From positions 943,231 through 1,007,230 of the forward strand of contig NW_003314320.1 in assembly GCF_000143415.4 (NCBI RefSeq): a stretch of 64,000 nt of DNA, written 5' to 3'. Each line of letters begins with the position of its first letter. Within the stretch, counting starts at the first letter, position 1. The translations under genes were made by a program, and so were the position numbers. Under the pieces are notes generated by a model. The model saw only the letters and a list, made by a program, of their open reading frames with translations. It did no database searches and was not told where the DNA came from. This document shows positions 24,746 through 36,699 of the stretch, one piece after another. This DNA is from Selaginella moellendorffii. Its lineage: Eukaryota > Plantae > Lycopodiophyta.

Positions 24746-25240
24746 CTCCTCTTTCCCGGCTGGATAGAGAGCTTGGATCGAGTGGATGATCCATCGATCA
24801 TCTCATCAGCGTAAGTTATGTGTAAGTTATGTTGGTTATGCGAGATAGAAGAAGTGCCTAGATTTTTCTTTGTAGATTGCTTGTAGATACCGTAAACAAA
24901 ATGAGAACAAAAAAAGATCTGGTCTTGTTCTATGCGGAGAAAATGCTGCGAGAGATTGAAACTCTGCCGGGTGTGCGTGTGGGGGTCACATAAGAGAGAA
25001 AAGATTCATGGAAAGCTTGACAACACAGAGAGTGAGAATAAAAGAAGGGTCTCTTTCGCGAATCGAGAGGAGCCCACTTGTTCTTGATCGTCTCCTCGGA
25101 GACGTTTCTTGCCAAGTCTATCCATTTGGGCGGCAATAATGCATCACGAATCGACAAACCACTGACGAAGAAAGGAAAAATTGATTGCTTTTCATTTTGG
25201 ATGTAGGCTTCCAATTCACTCCATTCGATCGATCAAATGT

Positions 25241-26980
25241 ATGAGGGTGGAGAAGCTGACCGCGGCGCTCAACAATCTCAGCCTCAAGGCCGACACCGCG
25301 ACCTACGCATCGCTGCTCCGCCAATGCCGCGACTCGCAAGCGCTTATCGAAGGCAAGATGGCACACACGCACATCGCCAAGAACGGGTACGGGAACGACA
25401 CCTACATCGCCAATCTCTTGATCGAGATGTACGGTGCGTGCCGCCGGCTGGATCTGGCGGGCTCCGTGTTCGACGGCATGATCCACCGCAATGTCTACAC
25501 CTGGAACATCATGTTTGCAGCAAATGCCCAAAACGGGCATTTGCATCGAGCGAAATGGCTGTTTGACACGATGCCGGAGAGAGACTCTGTCTCGTGGAGT
25601 GCAGTCTTACACATGTACGAGCAGAACTTTTGCATGGCCGAAACGCTCCGAGTGTTTCAGATGATCCCTCGGCCTGATGTTATTGCTTGGACTGTTTTGA
25701 TTGCAGCATTTGCCAAAAAGGGGCATTTGCTGGAGGCTCAGAGGCTGTTTGACGAGCTTGATTGTCCAAACACCGTCACCTGGAACGTGATGATCCAGGC
25801 GTACGCACAAAGAGGAGACCTCGACCGCGCAAGCGAGCTTGTCACCCGGATGCCGTCTCCGGATGTTGTATCCTGGACTGCCATCGTAACTGCAAATGCC
25901 TACCACGGCAATCTCTCCCGAGCGCGTCGTCTCTTCGATGCAATGCCGCAGCAAAGCATCGTTTCTTGGAACGCAATTGTGCAATCACACGCACTCCACG
26001 GAGAGATGGAAGAAGCGCACAATCTCTTCGACGAGATGCCAAGGCGGAACGTAGTGTCCTGGACGAGCATGGTCGCATCGTATGCCAAAAACGGGTATTT
26101 GCATGACGCGAGGAGCATGTTTGATTTGATGCCGGAGCAGGACACTGCGTCTTGGAACGCAATCTTAGACGCTTACGGCGATTGCGGTGATGTTGCGGAG
26201 GCTAAGAAGATCTTCGTTTCCGCCCCGGAGAGAAACGTCGTGTCGTGGACGGCGCTCATCAAAGCATTTGCTGCGAGTTTGGATCCAGAGGACGCTGCGA
26301 CAGCTCTGCAACTCCCCGTGATCATGGATCTCGAGGGTGTTGCACCGGACGAAGTGACATTCATCGCGGCAATCGATGCGTGCGCCGGGCTCGCAGCGCT
26401 GGCCGAGGGGCGGCGATTCCACGCTGCGATCCGGGACGAGGAGCTGGAGGAGCACTTCATAGTCGGGACCTCGATCGTCGGGATGTACGGGAAGTGTGGT
26501 CGAGTGGAAGAGGCGCGCGCGGTGTTTGATCGGATGCCCGTGAGGAACGACGCGGCCTGGAACTCGATCATGCTCGCGTATGCGCAGAACGATCGCCCAT
26601 CCATCTCGATCGACCTCTTCCTCGCGATGCTGCTGGATGGAACGAAACCGGATGGGATCACCATGGTGACTGTTCTCTTTGCGTGCAGCCACGCCGGTCT
26701 GATCGATCCGGCGCGGGTGTTTTTCCTGGCGCTCGCGGCCGGGGAGTTCTCGGGCTTGGATCATCCATGCCTTGATCACTACGTTTGCATGGTGGATTTG
26801 TTCGCTAGAGCTGGAGAGATCAAGCGTGCTTGGGAGATATTTGGGTGTATGCCGTTCGAGCCGGACGAGTTGGCCTGGACTACAGTGGCGAGCGCCGTCA
26901 AGAGGAACGCGGGTGTCAACACGAGCGAGATTTTTCCATCCTCGATCTTCAAACGAGCTAAGGCACTGAGAACTTCCTGA
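25241..26980 (+). CDS. PLS-class PPR protein, intronless, ending in a truncated E domain (no DYW)
   Basis: Many tandem S-type repeats (FDxMPxRNVVSW); L2-S2 (VLFACSHAG, HYVCMVDLFARAG) and start of E1 (MPFEPDELAWTT); ATG 25241. Confidence 0.9.
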   Translation: MRVEKLTAALNNLSLKADTATYASLLRQCRDSQALIEGKMAHTHIAKNGYGNDTYIANLLIEMYGACRRLDLAGSVFDGMIHRNVYTWNIMFAANAQNGHLHRAKWLFDTMPERDSVSWSAVLHMYEQNFCMAETLRVFQMIPRPDVIAWTVLIAAFAKKGHLLEAQRLFDELDCPNTVTWNVMIQAYAQRGDLDRASELVTRMPSPDVVSWTAIVTANAYHGNLSRARRLFDAMPQQSIVSWNAIVQSHALHGEMEEAHNLFDEMPRRNVVSWTSMVASYAKNGYLHDARSMFDLMPEQDTASWNAILDAYGDCGDVAEAKKIFVSAPERNVVSWTALIKAFAASLDPEDAATALQLPVIMDLEGVAPDEVTFIAAIDACAGLAALAEGRRFHAAIRDEELEEHFIVGTSIVGMYGKCGRVEEARAVFDRMPVRNDAAWNSIMLAYAQNDRPSISIDLFLAMLLDGTKPDGITMVTVLFACSHAGLIDPARVFFLALAAGEFSGLDHPCLDHYVCMVDLFARAGEIKRAWEIFGCMPFEPDELAWTTVASAVKRNAGVNTSEIFPSSIFKRAKALRTS

Positions 26981-27250
26981 ATGTCTGCTTTAAACATTCG
27001 CGGAACTGAAAATCAATGATTTCCTCGATTTTTCCATCTTCAAGCGAGCTCAGTCTCTAAGAACTTCCTGTTCAAACATGAAAACCTCGTTTTGCCTTCA
27101 TGTACTTCGACCAGAGAACCGAGTGAGATTTTCCATCCGATCTTGAAGCGAGCTAAGTCCTGAAAGTCCGATTCAAACATCTCAGGCAGAGCTGAAAATA
27201 TATGATTTCCTTCATGAACCTCGCATGAAACCACGAAGCTAAGAACTTTC
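26925..27250. repeat. Degenerate tandem repeat, about 100-bp unit, 3 copies plus a partial
   Basis: Recurring (gagat)TTTTCCATC..TCTTcAAgCGAGCTaAG..AAACAT..; CTGAAAAT..ATGATTTCCT in copies 1 and 3. Confidence 0.7.
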
Positions 27251-27728
27251 AGAGGCAATTCATATTCTTCTGTGTTGAATTCGCGCACTTGCGTTTATTC
27301 TCGCTTGAATTCCCAGGCCGCAAGTCCACTCCCGCGGCTTTAAAGTCATTTCTTAAGTCAAGAAATCGCGGCTCTCTTCTGGCGAGCATTAAAGCTTTTG
27401 GAGGAAGAACCTAAAGAATTGGTTGCTACATCACAATCGCCATCGTGATTCGTGCAGCTTTGCAGCAAAAACTTCCAATACAATCCACCATACGTTTGAG
27501 AAACCTGACAAAGTTTGGAGAGTCTAATCGTGACATCACAATGTTCTTCCATCAACTTGTGTGTCCTTCCCATCCTCTGGGAAGATTTATTTCATTCATT
27601 CGAGATTCGTGTTAATACAAAGGCAAATCTTGTGTTTGCAAGAAAAATCAATCACATGTTGCACGTGGTAGCCCGCGCGATTCACGTGGTATACCGCGCG
27701 GCATAGAGTGCACACCGTGCGGTACCGG

Positions 27729-29057
27729 CTACGTGGTGCTGATCACCTTGGGCTTGCCGGGCGGTACCACCGGCGTCATGTCCATCGGGTAGCTCCCAAG
27801 AACCCTGATGAAGCTCGCGAACTCCTGGAGCTGCCCCAGCGCGTTCTGTGCCCGCGGATCCGCCATGGACGCCTCGAAATCGATGTAGAAGAGGTACTCG
27901 AAGTACTTCGCAGTGCCGTGGTTGCTATCATCCACGACGCGCACCGGCCGATTCTTTTGCGGCCGGCTCTCGATCTTGGTGAGATTGATGTTCCGGAGCG
28001 CGAAGGCCGAGAGCGCCTTGAACAGCGCCCCGGGCGCCTCCTCCAGCGCGAAGACGATGCTCGTCTTGAATCGCCGATCGGTGCGCGGGATGATGGGCTC
28101 GCGCGCCAGCATGAGGAAGCGCGTCATGTTGCCCGGATCGTCCTGGATGCCGCTGGCCAGCACGTCCATGCCGTAAATCTCCGCGGCGCGGGCGCTGGCC
28201 ACCGCCGCGGTGTCGCGGAGGTTGTTCGCCACGATGTGCTGCGCGGCACCGGCGGTATCGTCCACGGCTTCCCGCGCGGCCTGGAGCCCGAGGTTGGTCA
28301 GCGTGTGCTCCACCTGTGCTAGCGCTTGCGGGTGGCTGATCACTCGCCGGATCCCCTCGATCGAGGCGCCGGGGAGGGCCATGAGGCAGTGGTGGACTGG
28401 TAGCTGGACCTCGCCCACGATGTGGAGCCGGTGACGCAGGAGGAGATCGTAGTTCCGGTGGATGCTACCGCCGAGGGAGTTCTCGATGGGCAGTACCGCG
28501 CGGTCCGCGATCCAGAGCTCCACGGCCTGGAATGTGGCCTCGAATTGCTCGCAGGGGATGGGCTCGCATTCCGGGTAGGCCTTGGATGCCGCCGCCTCGC
28601 TGTACGCCCCCGGGACGCCCTGGTACGCGACGCGCAGCGTGGATCCGTGCGACGGCGGCATGGCGAGATCCGCAATGGACAGCGGCTTGGGCAGGATCAT
28701 CATCATGGACTTGGCGGCGGCGCCGTTTGATGCTGCTAGGATCTGGATGGATCCCTCTTTTAGATCGCCATTGATACCGCTACCGGTGTTCTTGGAGTGT
28801 TCGTGCTGCTCCTCGGGCTGGGCGGCGGACTGGCTGGAAACAATGGCGCAGTGGCTCTGCCATTGCGCGTGGCGGGAATTCCAGGCGTCGCGGGTGGCGT
28901 AGAATTCACCCAGATTGTAGCCTGCCATAGCCGGCTTGAATCGCTTCTTCTTGCTCTGCTGCTGGAGATTGAGGAGATGATCCCTCTGATTGGCGAGATT
29001 GGGGCTTCTCTTTTCGATCAGGAGCTTGCAACTGACTGGCGTGGCGGCACTGGCCAT
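27729..29057 (-). CDS. ADT: Arogenate dehydratase, plastid-targeted, intronless (about 442 aa)
   Basis: [37 protein letters not shown] catalytic motif, ACT domain [24 protein letters not shown]; transit-peptide-like N-terminus MASAATP. Confidence 0.97.
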   Translation of the reverse strand: MASAATPVSCKLLIEKRSPNLANQRDHLLNLQQQSKKKRFKPAMAGYNLGEFYATRDAWNSRHAQWQSHCAIVSSQSAAQPEEQHEHSKNTGSGINGDLKEGSIQILAASNGAAAKSMMMILPKPLSIADLAMPPSHGSTLRVAYQGVPGAYSEAAASKAYPECEPIPCEQFEATFQAVELWIADRAVLPIENSLGGSIHRNYDLLLRHRLHIVGEVQLPVHHCLMALPGASIEGIRRVISHPQALAQVEHTLTNLGLQAAREAVDDTAGAAQHIVANNLRDTAAVASARAAEIYGMDVLASGIQDDPGNMTRFLMLAREPIIPRTDRRFKTSIVFALEEAPGALFKALSAFALRNINLTKIESRPQKNRPVRVVDDSNHGTAKYFEYLFYIDFEASMADPRAQNALGQLQEFASFIRVLGSYPMDMTPVVPPGKPKVISTT

Positions 29058-29159
29058 ACAACTCTTGGGAGCAAACAATCCGATTGATTGAATTGAGATG
29101 GATCGAATGAAAAGAAGCCCAAGTGCTGTTAGCACTGAGGGAAAAGAGTTAGGGATGGA

Positions 29160-29338
29160 GTATATATATCTCGCCCCCGCCTTTTACCTTTTCACCATTG
29201 ACTGGCAGGCAGCCGGTCAAAATTGGGGCTCCGGCACCACGGCTTTGACTGTTGCCCTAGACGTGAGCGCGGCGATGCGACACGTGGGAGGAGGGAGGCG
29301 AAAGCGCGGGTAGGAATCAAAGATTTGACTAGTTGGTT
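29160..29338 (-). promoter_or_regulatory. Putative ADT promoter: TATA, G-box and AC-like elements
   Basis: TATATATA about 29161-29168; CACGTG 29281-29286; minus-strand CCTACC (about 29309-29314) and ACCAACT (about 29331-29337). Confidence 0.4.
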
Positions 29339-32300
29339 TTCCCAAAATCGCGTGATTTTTGCAAACCTATTGAAAAGGCTCGTTAGTCTCGACTGTGCCA
29401 TCCACGTTTCCATCTCACGACTAGTCTATGGACCATCAAAGAATTCAGTCTGTTATACGTGAATATGCTATACTAAGTTCTTGATGGGCATTGCAAGACC
29501 ACAAGAACATCGTTTGTGATTCATAGATGCAGATGTTCAAGCACCTAGATGGCTAGATTGGAATAGGCAAGTTTTCTCACAAGAAAATGCAAATGAAAAT
29601 TAAATTTTATTATATAAATATTTTCCTCCAATTTTATGAGTTGTACAAATTCTTTGGTAGTGTCATTTCTTTAGCAAGTGGCAAATAGCATATAACTTCT
29701 TTAGTATATAGTCAAAATATGATGTGTGTTATAAGTATTTCTATTTTTTTATCTATATAGAAGTATAGTATTTTTCTTTTCTAAAAAATTATTTTTCAAA
29801 AGAAATTCCTGTGCATATTTATTATCTAAAAAATAGTATACTATATTTAATATTAAGATATTTAAAATAATTTAATGCATATTGCATACATATTTCCTAT
29901 TATAATTAAAAAATTTACTATATTAGAATATAGATTTCTTCTATAAAGATAGTATAATTCCTCTTTCAAGGTTTATCAGTTTTTATAGAAAAAGCTTATC
30001 TTTCTGCTTGATTATGGTAGGAAAATTGATGGTAAGGTTTGGGTGTGAACCTAGAAGAATTTTTTATTGTTACATTTTACAAAGTATATAAACATATTCA
30101 CATCACATTTGAATTGTTGTAAAGATTGAAAAGGAATGTGTATGTGCATGCCTTTGGATCACATAGTGTCATAGGGAAGATAAACACTATAGTAGACTAC
30201 AACCTCACAAAAGGTAAAGTGAAAATGTTATTAGGGTTTTTCAACTTTTCTGAATGATACAGATTTATATTCTCAAACATACATAACCATGGGTTTTCTA
30301 CACATCTTTCACTCATTTTAGCATGTTTAGCTTGTTTCTTGCTTGCTACTCATTCTTTATTTGCTGCCCATTTTTTGCTTATTGCATTCTCTTAGGCTCT
30401 TCTCTTCAGCAAATAGATAGTAAGGCTAGGGTTCTTCCGGGTGTGATCAATTATAGGTAGTATTAACTTTCTATTGGCTTCTCCTCATGAGTATTGCAGT
30501 GCAATTTCATGTGTGTAGGTTTTAAGGAACTTGAGGGCAAGGATTGATTCTAGTGGTTGAGGATTTGTTGTGGGCTAGCCTCAAATGCAAGTTTTTTCTT
30601 ACAGTATCTCCACCATGGGTGTTGTAATAAGGTATGTGATTTTTTTTCTCAATCTAGCCATCATAATTTCTCATGTCTGTGGTTTCAAAGAGTAGGAGGG
30701 ACAAGATCAATTATAAACACTATTCTTTCTTCAAAACACACATTATATGTAAGTAACAATCAATTCTTTGTTTGTGAGTTGTGAGTTGCAATGACTTTTT
30801 TGTGTGTGTATGTGTGTATATAGCACTTATGGTGTATAGCTAGCACACCTCTCACTCACAAATATGCTCAAAACACACCAAAATCTCCTTCATAGCCAAA
30901 ACTCAATATATTATCAATTGTTTATCATACTTTATTGTGCCTTAAACTTGTAAGGAAGAAAGGTATATACCCTTCACTAACAAAGATTCCAGCTCTACTA
31001 GGAGATATAGCATACCTCAGATATATAGATCTTCTTTTCTAATTTTATAATGTTAGAAATTTTGATTGTATTCAAGTTTAAATTTATCTAAAACTTGCTA
31101 TTATTCGTATCCAGAGAAATGCACAATAATGTATGGCAGATAAGATTTTTCTTTCATCATCATGAAATTTAAATTTGAATTTATTTTTATTGCCTTTATA
31201 AAGTGGTACACAACCCTAAACACACCCACAAGATTTTACATGATAGAAAAACAAATTTAGGAATTATTTTATATAAAAAACATTCTAGTTAAAAATAATA
31301 AGTTAATATATTTCAGTAAGCTTATAACGAGTTTAAAATATTAAAAAGGACTGGTTTATATGAACTTCTCAAGAACACTAGATAGAATAGGATAGGATAG
31401 GATAAATGTTTGAAAATAAATAAACCATGCTTCATTAGGATTATAATTACATGAATTATACTAGTAATCTATATATAAAAGTTATTCAAAAGATTTTAAA
31501 AAAAACTGAAACATGTAACAATTTTCTATAAATTGTCTCCAGCTAAAAGATTTGAAATCATACATAGGAAACATAAATATGGAAAAGAGCACAATTTTAG
31601 TACACTAACAAAGTAGGGCCATTAAGCTAGTGATATATGATTTCATTTCTTAACTAAAATTTTAATGTTTGTAAATTTGGGATTTTTATACTTATCCTCA
31701 TGAAGCTCATGCTTTAGAAGTTTTTTTTCCTTAAGAAGGTCAAAATAAGGATATGGAAGATGAACAAAGTTCTAATATATAATGTTGGTCTAGGATAAAG
31801 GTCATAAATTTGAAGTGCTACTGAAAAAAGGGAAGATACAATAAAATAAAATCAAAACTTTAAGGATTGTTATAATTCAAATGTAGCAAATTGAATGAAA
31901 TGGGAGCAAATATGAAAATTTATTTTAACAAAACTTGATGATAGTATTGGTTCTAACATCTTGTAACTACTTCTGGAGTTATAATTGTTTAAACAAGACT
32001 TCATAGTTGGCTATGCCTCTGCAATAGCTTTGGGTTTTGGTAGTTGACAATCACTATATTATATAAATTGGTGATTTTATAAAATCTTCAAGTTCCTTAT
32101 ATAGTAGTGTGTAAAGCTTGGTTCATAAGATTTAATTTCTAAATGGTTCACAAAACCTAATTTCATTCTTCTTCTAGATGGGTTTAGTATAGAAATATGT
32201 ATACATACATAACTAATTAATTTTAAATTAAATAAAAATATCTTAAAATAACACTATTTATCCTATAGATTCTAGATGATAATAGATTATTTGAATTTAA

Positions 32301-34879
32301 ATTATATACTATACATTATATATTTATAAATATTTAACCATATATTATAAAACATTTGCATGTTTTATGCAACAACACTTGGTTTTCTTAATAGTAGTGT
32401 CATTGAATAATAAAATTGATCAATAGTTATAAAAATATTTATAATTTATGAATCAAGATTAATCTTATTGCATATTAACCATTAGATGGTAGAATAAAAA
32501 ATAATATACTAGGAAGTGTTTAGGAAAGTTTATAAATTATAACATGTTTATAAATTATAAATACAAGATTAATCTAAATGAATAACAACAGTTAGATGGT
32601 ACAATATCCTAGAATATCCAAGCATATTCTAGATATATCCATTACCATCCTGGTCCCCCTACAGGTTTTGCTTTATCAAACCAAATAATGAAAAAAATAT
32701 AATGTTATAAATTAAAAAGCATAGAGATATGTATTTTACAACTATTTTACAATTTTGGAGTTGATCAAAATATCCAGTGTTTGCTTCCCAGTGAGGAGCA
32801 CAGTGCCGATGTAGCAGCTTTGCACACTGGCACTCTCGAGTTATTGTCACTGCAAGCACTGATATGAACGTGACTGGCCACTCAATTGATTAGTGAAAGA
32901 GTAGTGTTTATGATTATTTCCAAACTGGATAGCAAGAGAAATCGATTTGTACTTGAGAGAACAACAAGGTCCTGGACTGACAAACATCACTGCTTGAAGT
33001 TTTTAATGAGAGCTGATGCATCCCCAAATAGGGATGGTATGGATGGTAACAGTATTAATTTGTCCTGTATCACTGGACACTACACATTGTTCTTATGTTG
33101 ACAAAACAGAAAGAAAGTGATCCAGAGAAAATTCTCATGCTACAGGAATCAGTGACACACGTCTTGTTGGAAAACTTGATGTAGCCAAGATCATTGCTGA
33201 GGAACTTGAACTGGAAGAAATCAAAATCACAGAAACACAAGAAATAGAAACATGAGAATTGCGGGCAAGTGTTGGGGAAGATAAGCTTTTTTTTTATCAT
33301 CATTATCTTTCTTATTTCAAAAGAGATATGGCCATTGTGGATGTCAACTCCTTGGTCAGTTTGTAAATGCATCAACTTAGTGTAATCCTGAGGAATGGGA
33401 AATTTGGAATTTTCAAGACCCATGACATAATTACCCATATTAATATCAGCATTTTCTTTTCCTTCATTGTATAATCATATTTTGACAATGTTTTAGTTGG
33501 TTATATTTTTCATAATATTTTTTTATTGTGCATTGCACATACAAATAGAAAGTTGCTAGAGATATTTTTTAGTATATATATTCATGTGCATCATTTTCGT
33601 TGGGATATTAGGTAGTTGTCCTAATACGTTAGGTCCTTTATAATATATAAGCTCAATCACTTATATATTTTGTTTTCTGAGCTCTTGATAAAGGTTGTCT
33701 CTACCTAATATTGTTGATTTCCTCTATGCCACTGTTGTCAACATATAAGTGTGTTATTTTTCTACCATATCACTTGCTCATCCTCTCTTTCCATATTTCC
33801 TCTTTTGGAAGGGTGACCTAATTAAGCTAGAGATGCTACCAGGAATTTAGACTTTCTCATCATTGATTGTTTAATTTGTTCAGCAAAGGAGAATGATTTC
33901 TTTTCAATGATACTATTGGGTAGAGTGCTCACTCTCTTGGACATATATCCTGCTTTGCATTTGGAGTAATCTACAAAAGAATACAAGAAAGTTATAACCA
34001 TTAGTGTTTTTACCAATAAGATTTATACTTTGTTTCTTGTGTCATATTGATTAGGAAATATGCTGTGATTCTCAATATTAATACTCATAAATATTAATTA
34101 CCAACATTTTAAATTACAATAGAAAAATAAAATCTAAATTCCCTTTTAATATTACTATTAAAGAAAACATGCCAACATCGTACAAGTAAAGTCAAGAGTC
34201 ACAATAAGCACTATGGTCTATTGTTGAATCTTCTATTGAATTTGTATAAACAATTCTGAACAGTCATATGACTAAGCATTAAATTATAAAAATTACACAC
34301 TAAATATGGTAGTGGTTCTTTCAAGTTCTTCATAGATGTGTTCAATGCAAAGATATAGTAGTAAAATCTATTTATCATTTTCTTTATTATATGAATATAA
34401 GCATTTTGTTAACCTTTTATTACTTTTAGAACTCACATTGTGACATGGTTTACCTTTGGGTTTGCTTATATCAATAGAAGCTCTAAAATCAAGCTTTGGA
34501 TTTAAGAGCTTTTCTAGCGAGAGTCTCAGAATATAATTGAAAGGGGAAATAATGCATGTTTGTCATCATTTTTATTGTCACTTAAATACTTGCTGTACTT
34601 GACGTTCAGTGTCCACAATGCGTAGAGCAAGATCTACCTTCTCTTGATGAAGTTCATGATGCTCAAACGATTGAGTCGTGAATTCAAAGACTTTGAGATG
34701 GGTTTAAAAATCTTACATCACTTGCTGATGATTTACGTTTTCGGCATTTATATTCTCAATATCACCTTCAAGACAACTTTCTTTATTTTGTGGGGATGGA
34801 TCCTGATAATCATTTATGGCTGGTGGTGCCTTTTGTCTTTATTCTGTGGTTTCTCTATGCCTACCATGGTTCTCTTGTT

Positions 34880-35090
34880 CTAGGTGGGCATATGGGACAT
34901 TGTTATATGACCAAGAAGCTTTGCAGGTCTTTCTATTGGCTAAAGATGCAACGTGATATTATCCGACATCTACGTACTTGCGTTTGGTGCCAAGCTCATA
35001 ATAGTCCCCTTGTGCTGCAAAAGGACAGTTGGAGTCAATTGTAGTTTCCCATCCATTTGAGTTGGTGGCGTTTAATCTTATGGGACATTT
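34880..35090 (+). mobile_element. Isolated Gypsy integrase zinc-binding (HHCC) remnant
   Basis: [37 protein letters not shown]. Confidence 0.7.
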
Positions 35091-35102
35091 TCCATAGTCA
35101 AC

Positions 35103-35399
35103 TATATATGTATGTATATATGTATATGTATGTATATATATGTATATATATATATGTATATATATATATGTATATATATATGTATATATATATATGTATA
35201 TATATATATGTATATATGTATATGTATATATGTATATGTATATATGTATATATATATATGTATATATGTATATATATATGTATATATGTATATATGTATA
35301 TATATGTATATATGTATATATGTATATATATGTATGTATATATATATGTATATATGTATGTATATATATGTATATATGTATATATATGGATATATATGT
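35103..35399. repeat. (TA)n/(TATATG)n microsatellite
   Basis: About 300 bp of TA/TG dinucleotides abutting the gap. Confidence 0.98.
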
Positions 35400-35515
35400 N
35401 NNNNNNNNNNNNNNNNNNNNNNNNNNNNNNNNNNNNNNNNNNNNNNNNNNNNNNNNNNNNNNNNNNNNNNNNNNNNNNNNNNNNNNNNNNNNNNNNNNNN
35501 NNNNNNNNNNNNNNN
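35400..35515. other. Assembly gap (116 N)
   Basis: Run of N. Confidence 1.
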
Positions 35516-36699
35516 ATCTTTAGTGTACAAACTAGATAAAGATATATTGAAGAGATAAAATATCTTTTCTCAATTCATTCATGTTCTCAATTGTTTTATA
35601 GCTCAAGAATCAATTCTATCATATTTTAACTGCCTATACAAACAATCCAAATACTTATTTATCATTAGCACCTTATGTTGTCCAAGATGTTTATCCACAT
35701 TTTGTGATACAACTTTTTAACCTTGCTCTTTGATGTGAAAGTAGCTTTTTGATTGGCACAATGTGGAAAAAGTCTCTCTTTCAACTTCATAAGCTCTTCC
35801 TCCAAAGTTTTCAATATAAATGATCTAAAAAAAGTGGTAACTAGAAAAATAGGAGGGAAAAAGCCCTTTGAGTAGTTGATTACAATCTTTGCTTCAATGT
35901 TTTGAGGAACTAATATAGTAAATTCCATTGCCAGGAGATGGAGGAAGATCACTTATGAGCTCCTTGATGAAGAAAAGTTAGCCAAGAGCTGTGAAAGTGA
36001 AGATTATATTGACTAAGTTTAAGGAGGTTTTGCACCCATCATTATTAACTTAGAACTTTTAAATTACAGGATATTAATCTAATTTAAAATTTTAATGTTC
36101 ATACCAATATTAGTTAATAATAGCATTAGTTATTTTTTGTAATAAAAACCTTGGATAATCACACTCCTATTAAATTAATTAATTTAATGATGTTTTGTTC
36201 ACACCAACCATTAAGTTATATGTAGCATCATGCCATTTCTAGCCATTTTTAGACTTGACACTCATATTTGTGATGGAAACACTCTACTCACAACAATTTA
36301 TCAAGCTCATCCTTGCTATAGCTTTCCTCACTTCTATTTTCCTCTACATTAGACCTTTAATTGATGATAGTAGCAATAGTTATGCTATCCCTCAAATAGT
36401 TATAGTTATGCCTGCATTTCACTCTTTCATTTCATAACTTCTCATAATAAACTATCAAGCTCTTGGTAAAAATACATGTAACAACAAGAAAATATTATAA
36501 TTTCTTTTCAAATTTAAGCTCTTGATAAATAGTCAAAAAACTTTTCTTATAAATCCTTTTCATTTTCTTCATTTTGGTGGCTACATTTAGCATCTGTCTC
36601 TATTGTTTTCATTCATGGTTTATTGCAAGTTTAACTCAATTTCTTCATCAATATTTATCTTCACTATCGATGAGATAGTTATGTAACAAAAAACATGCA

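Noticed and set aside
35057-35558. Tyr/Ile/Met-rich ORFs
   Set aside because: Translations of the TA microsatellite and the N gap.
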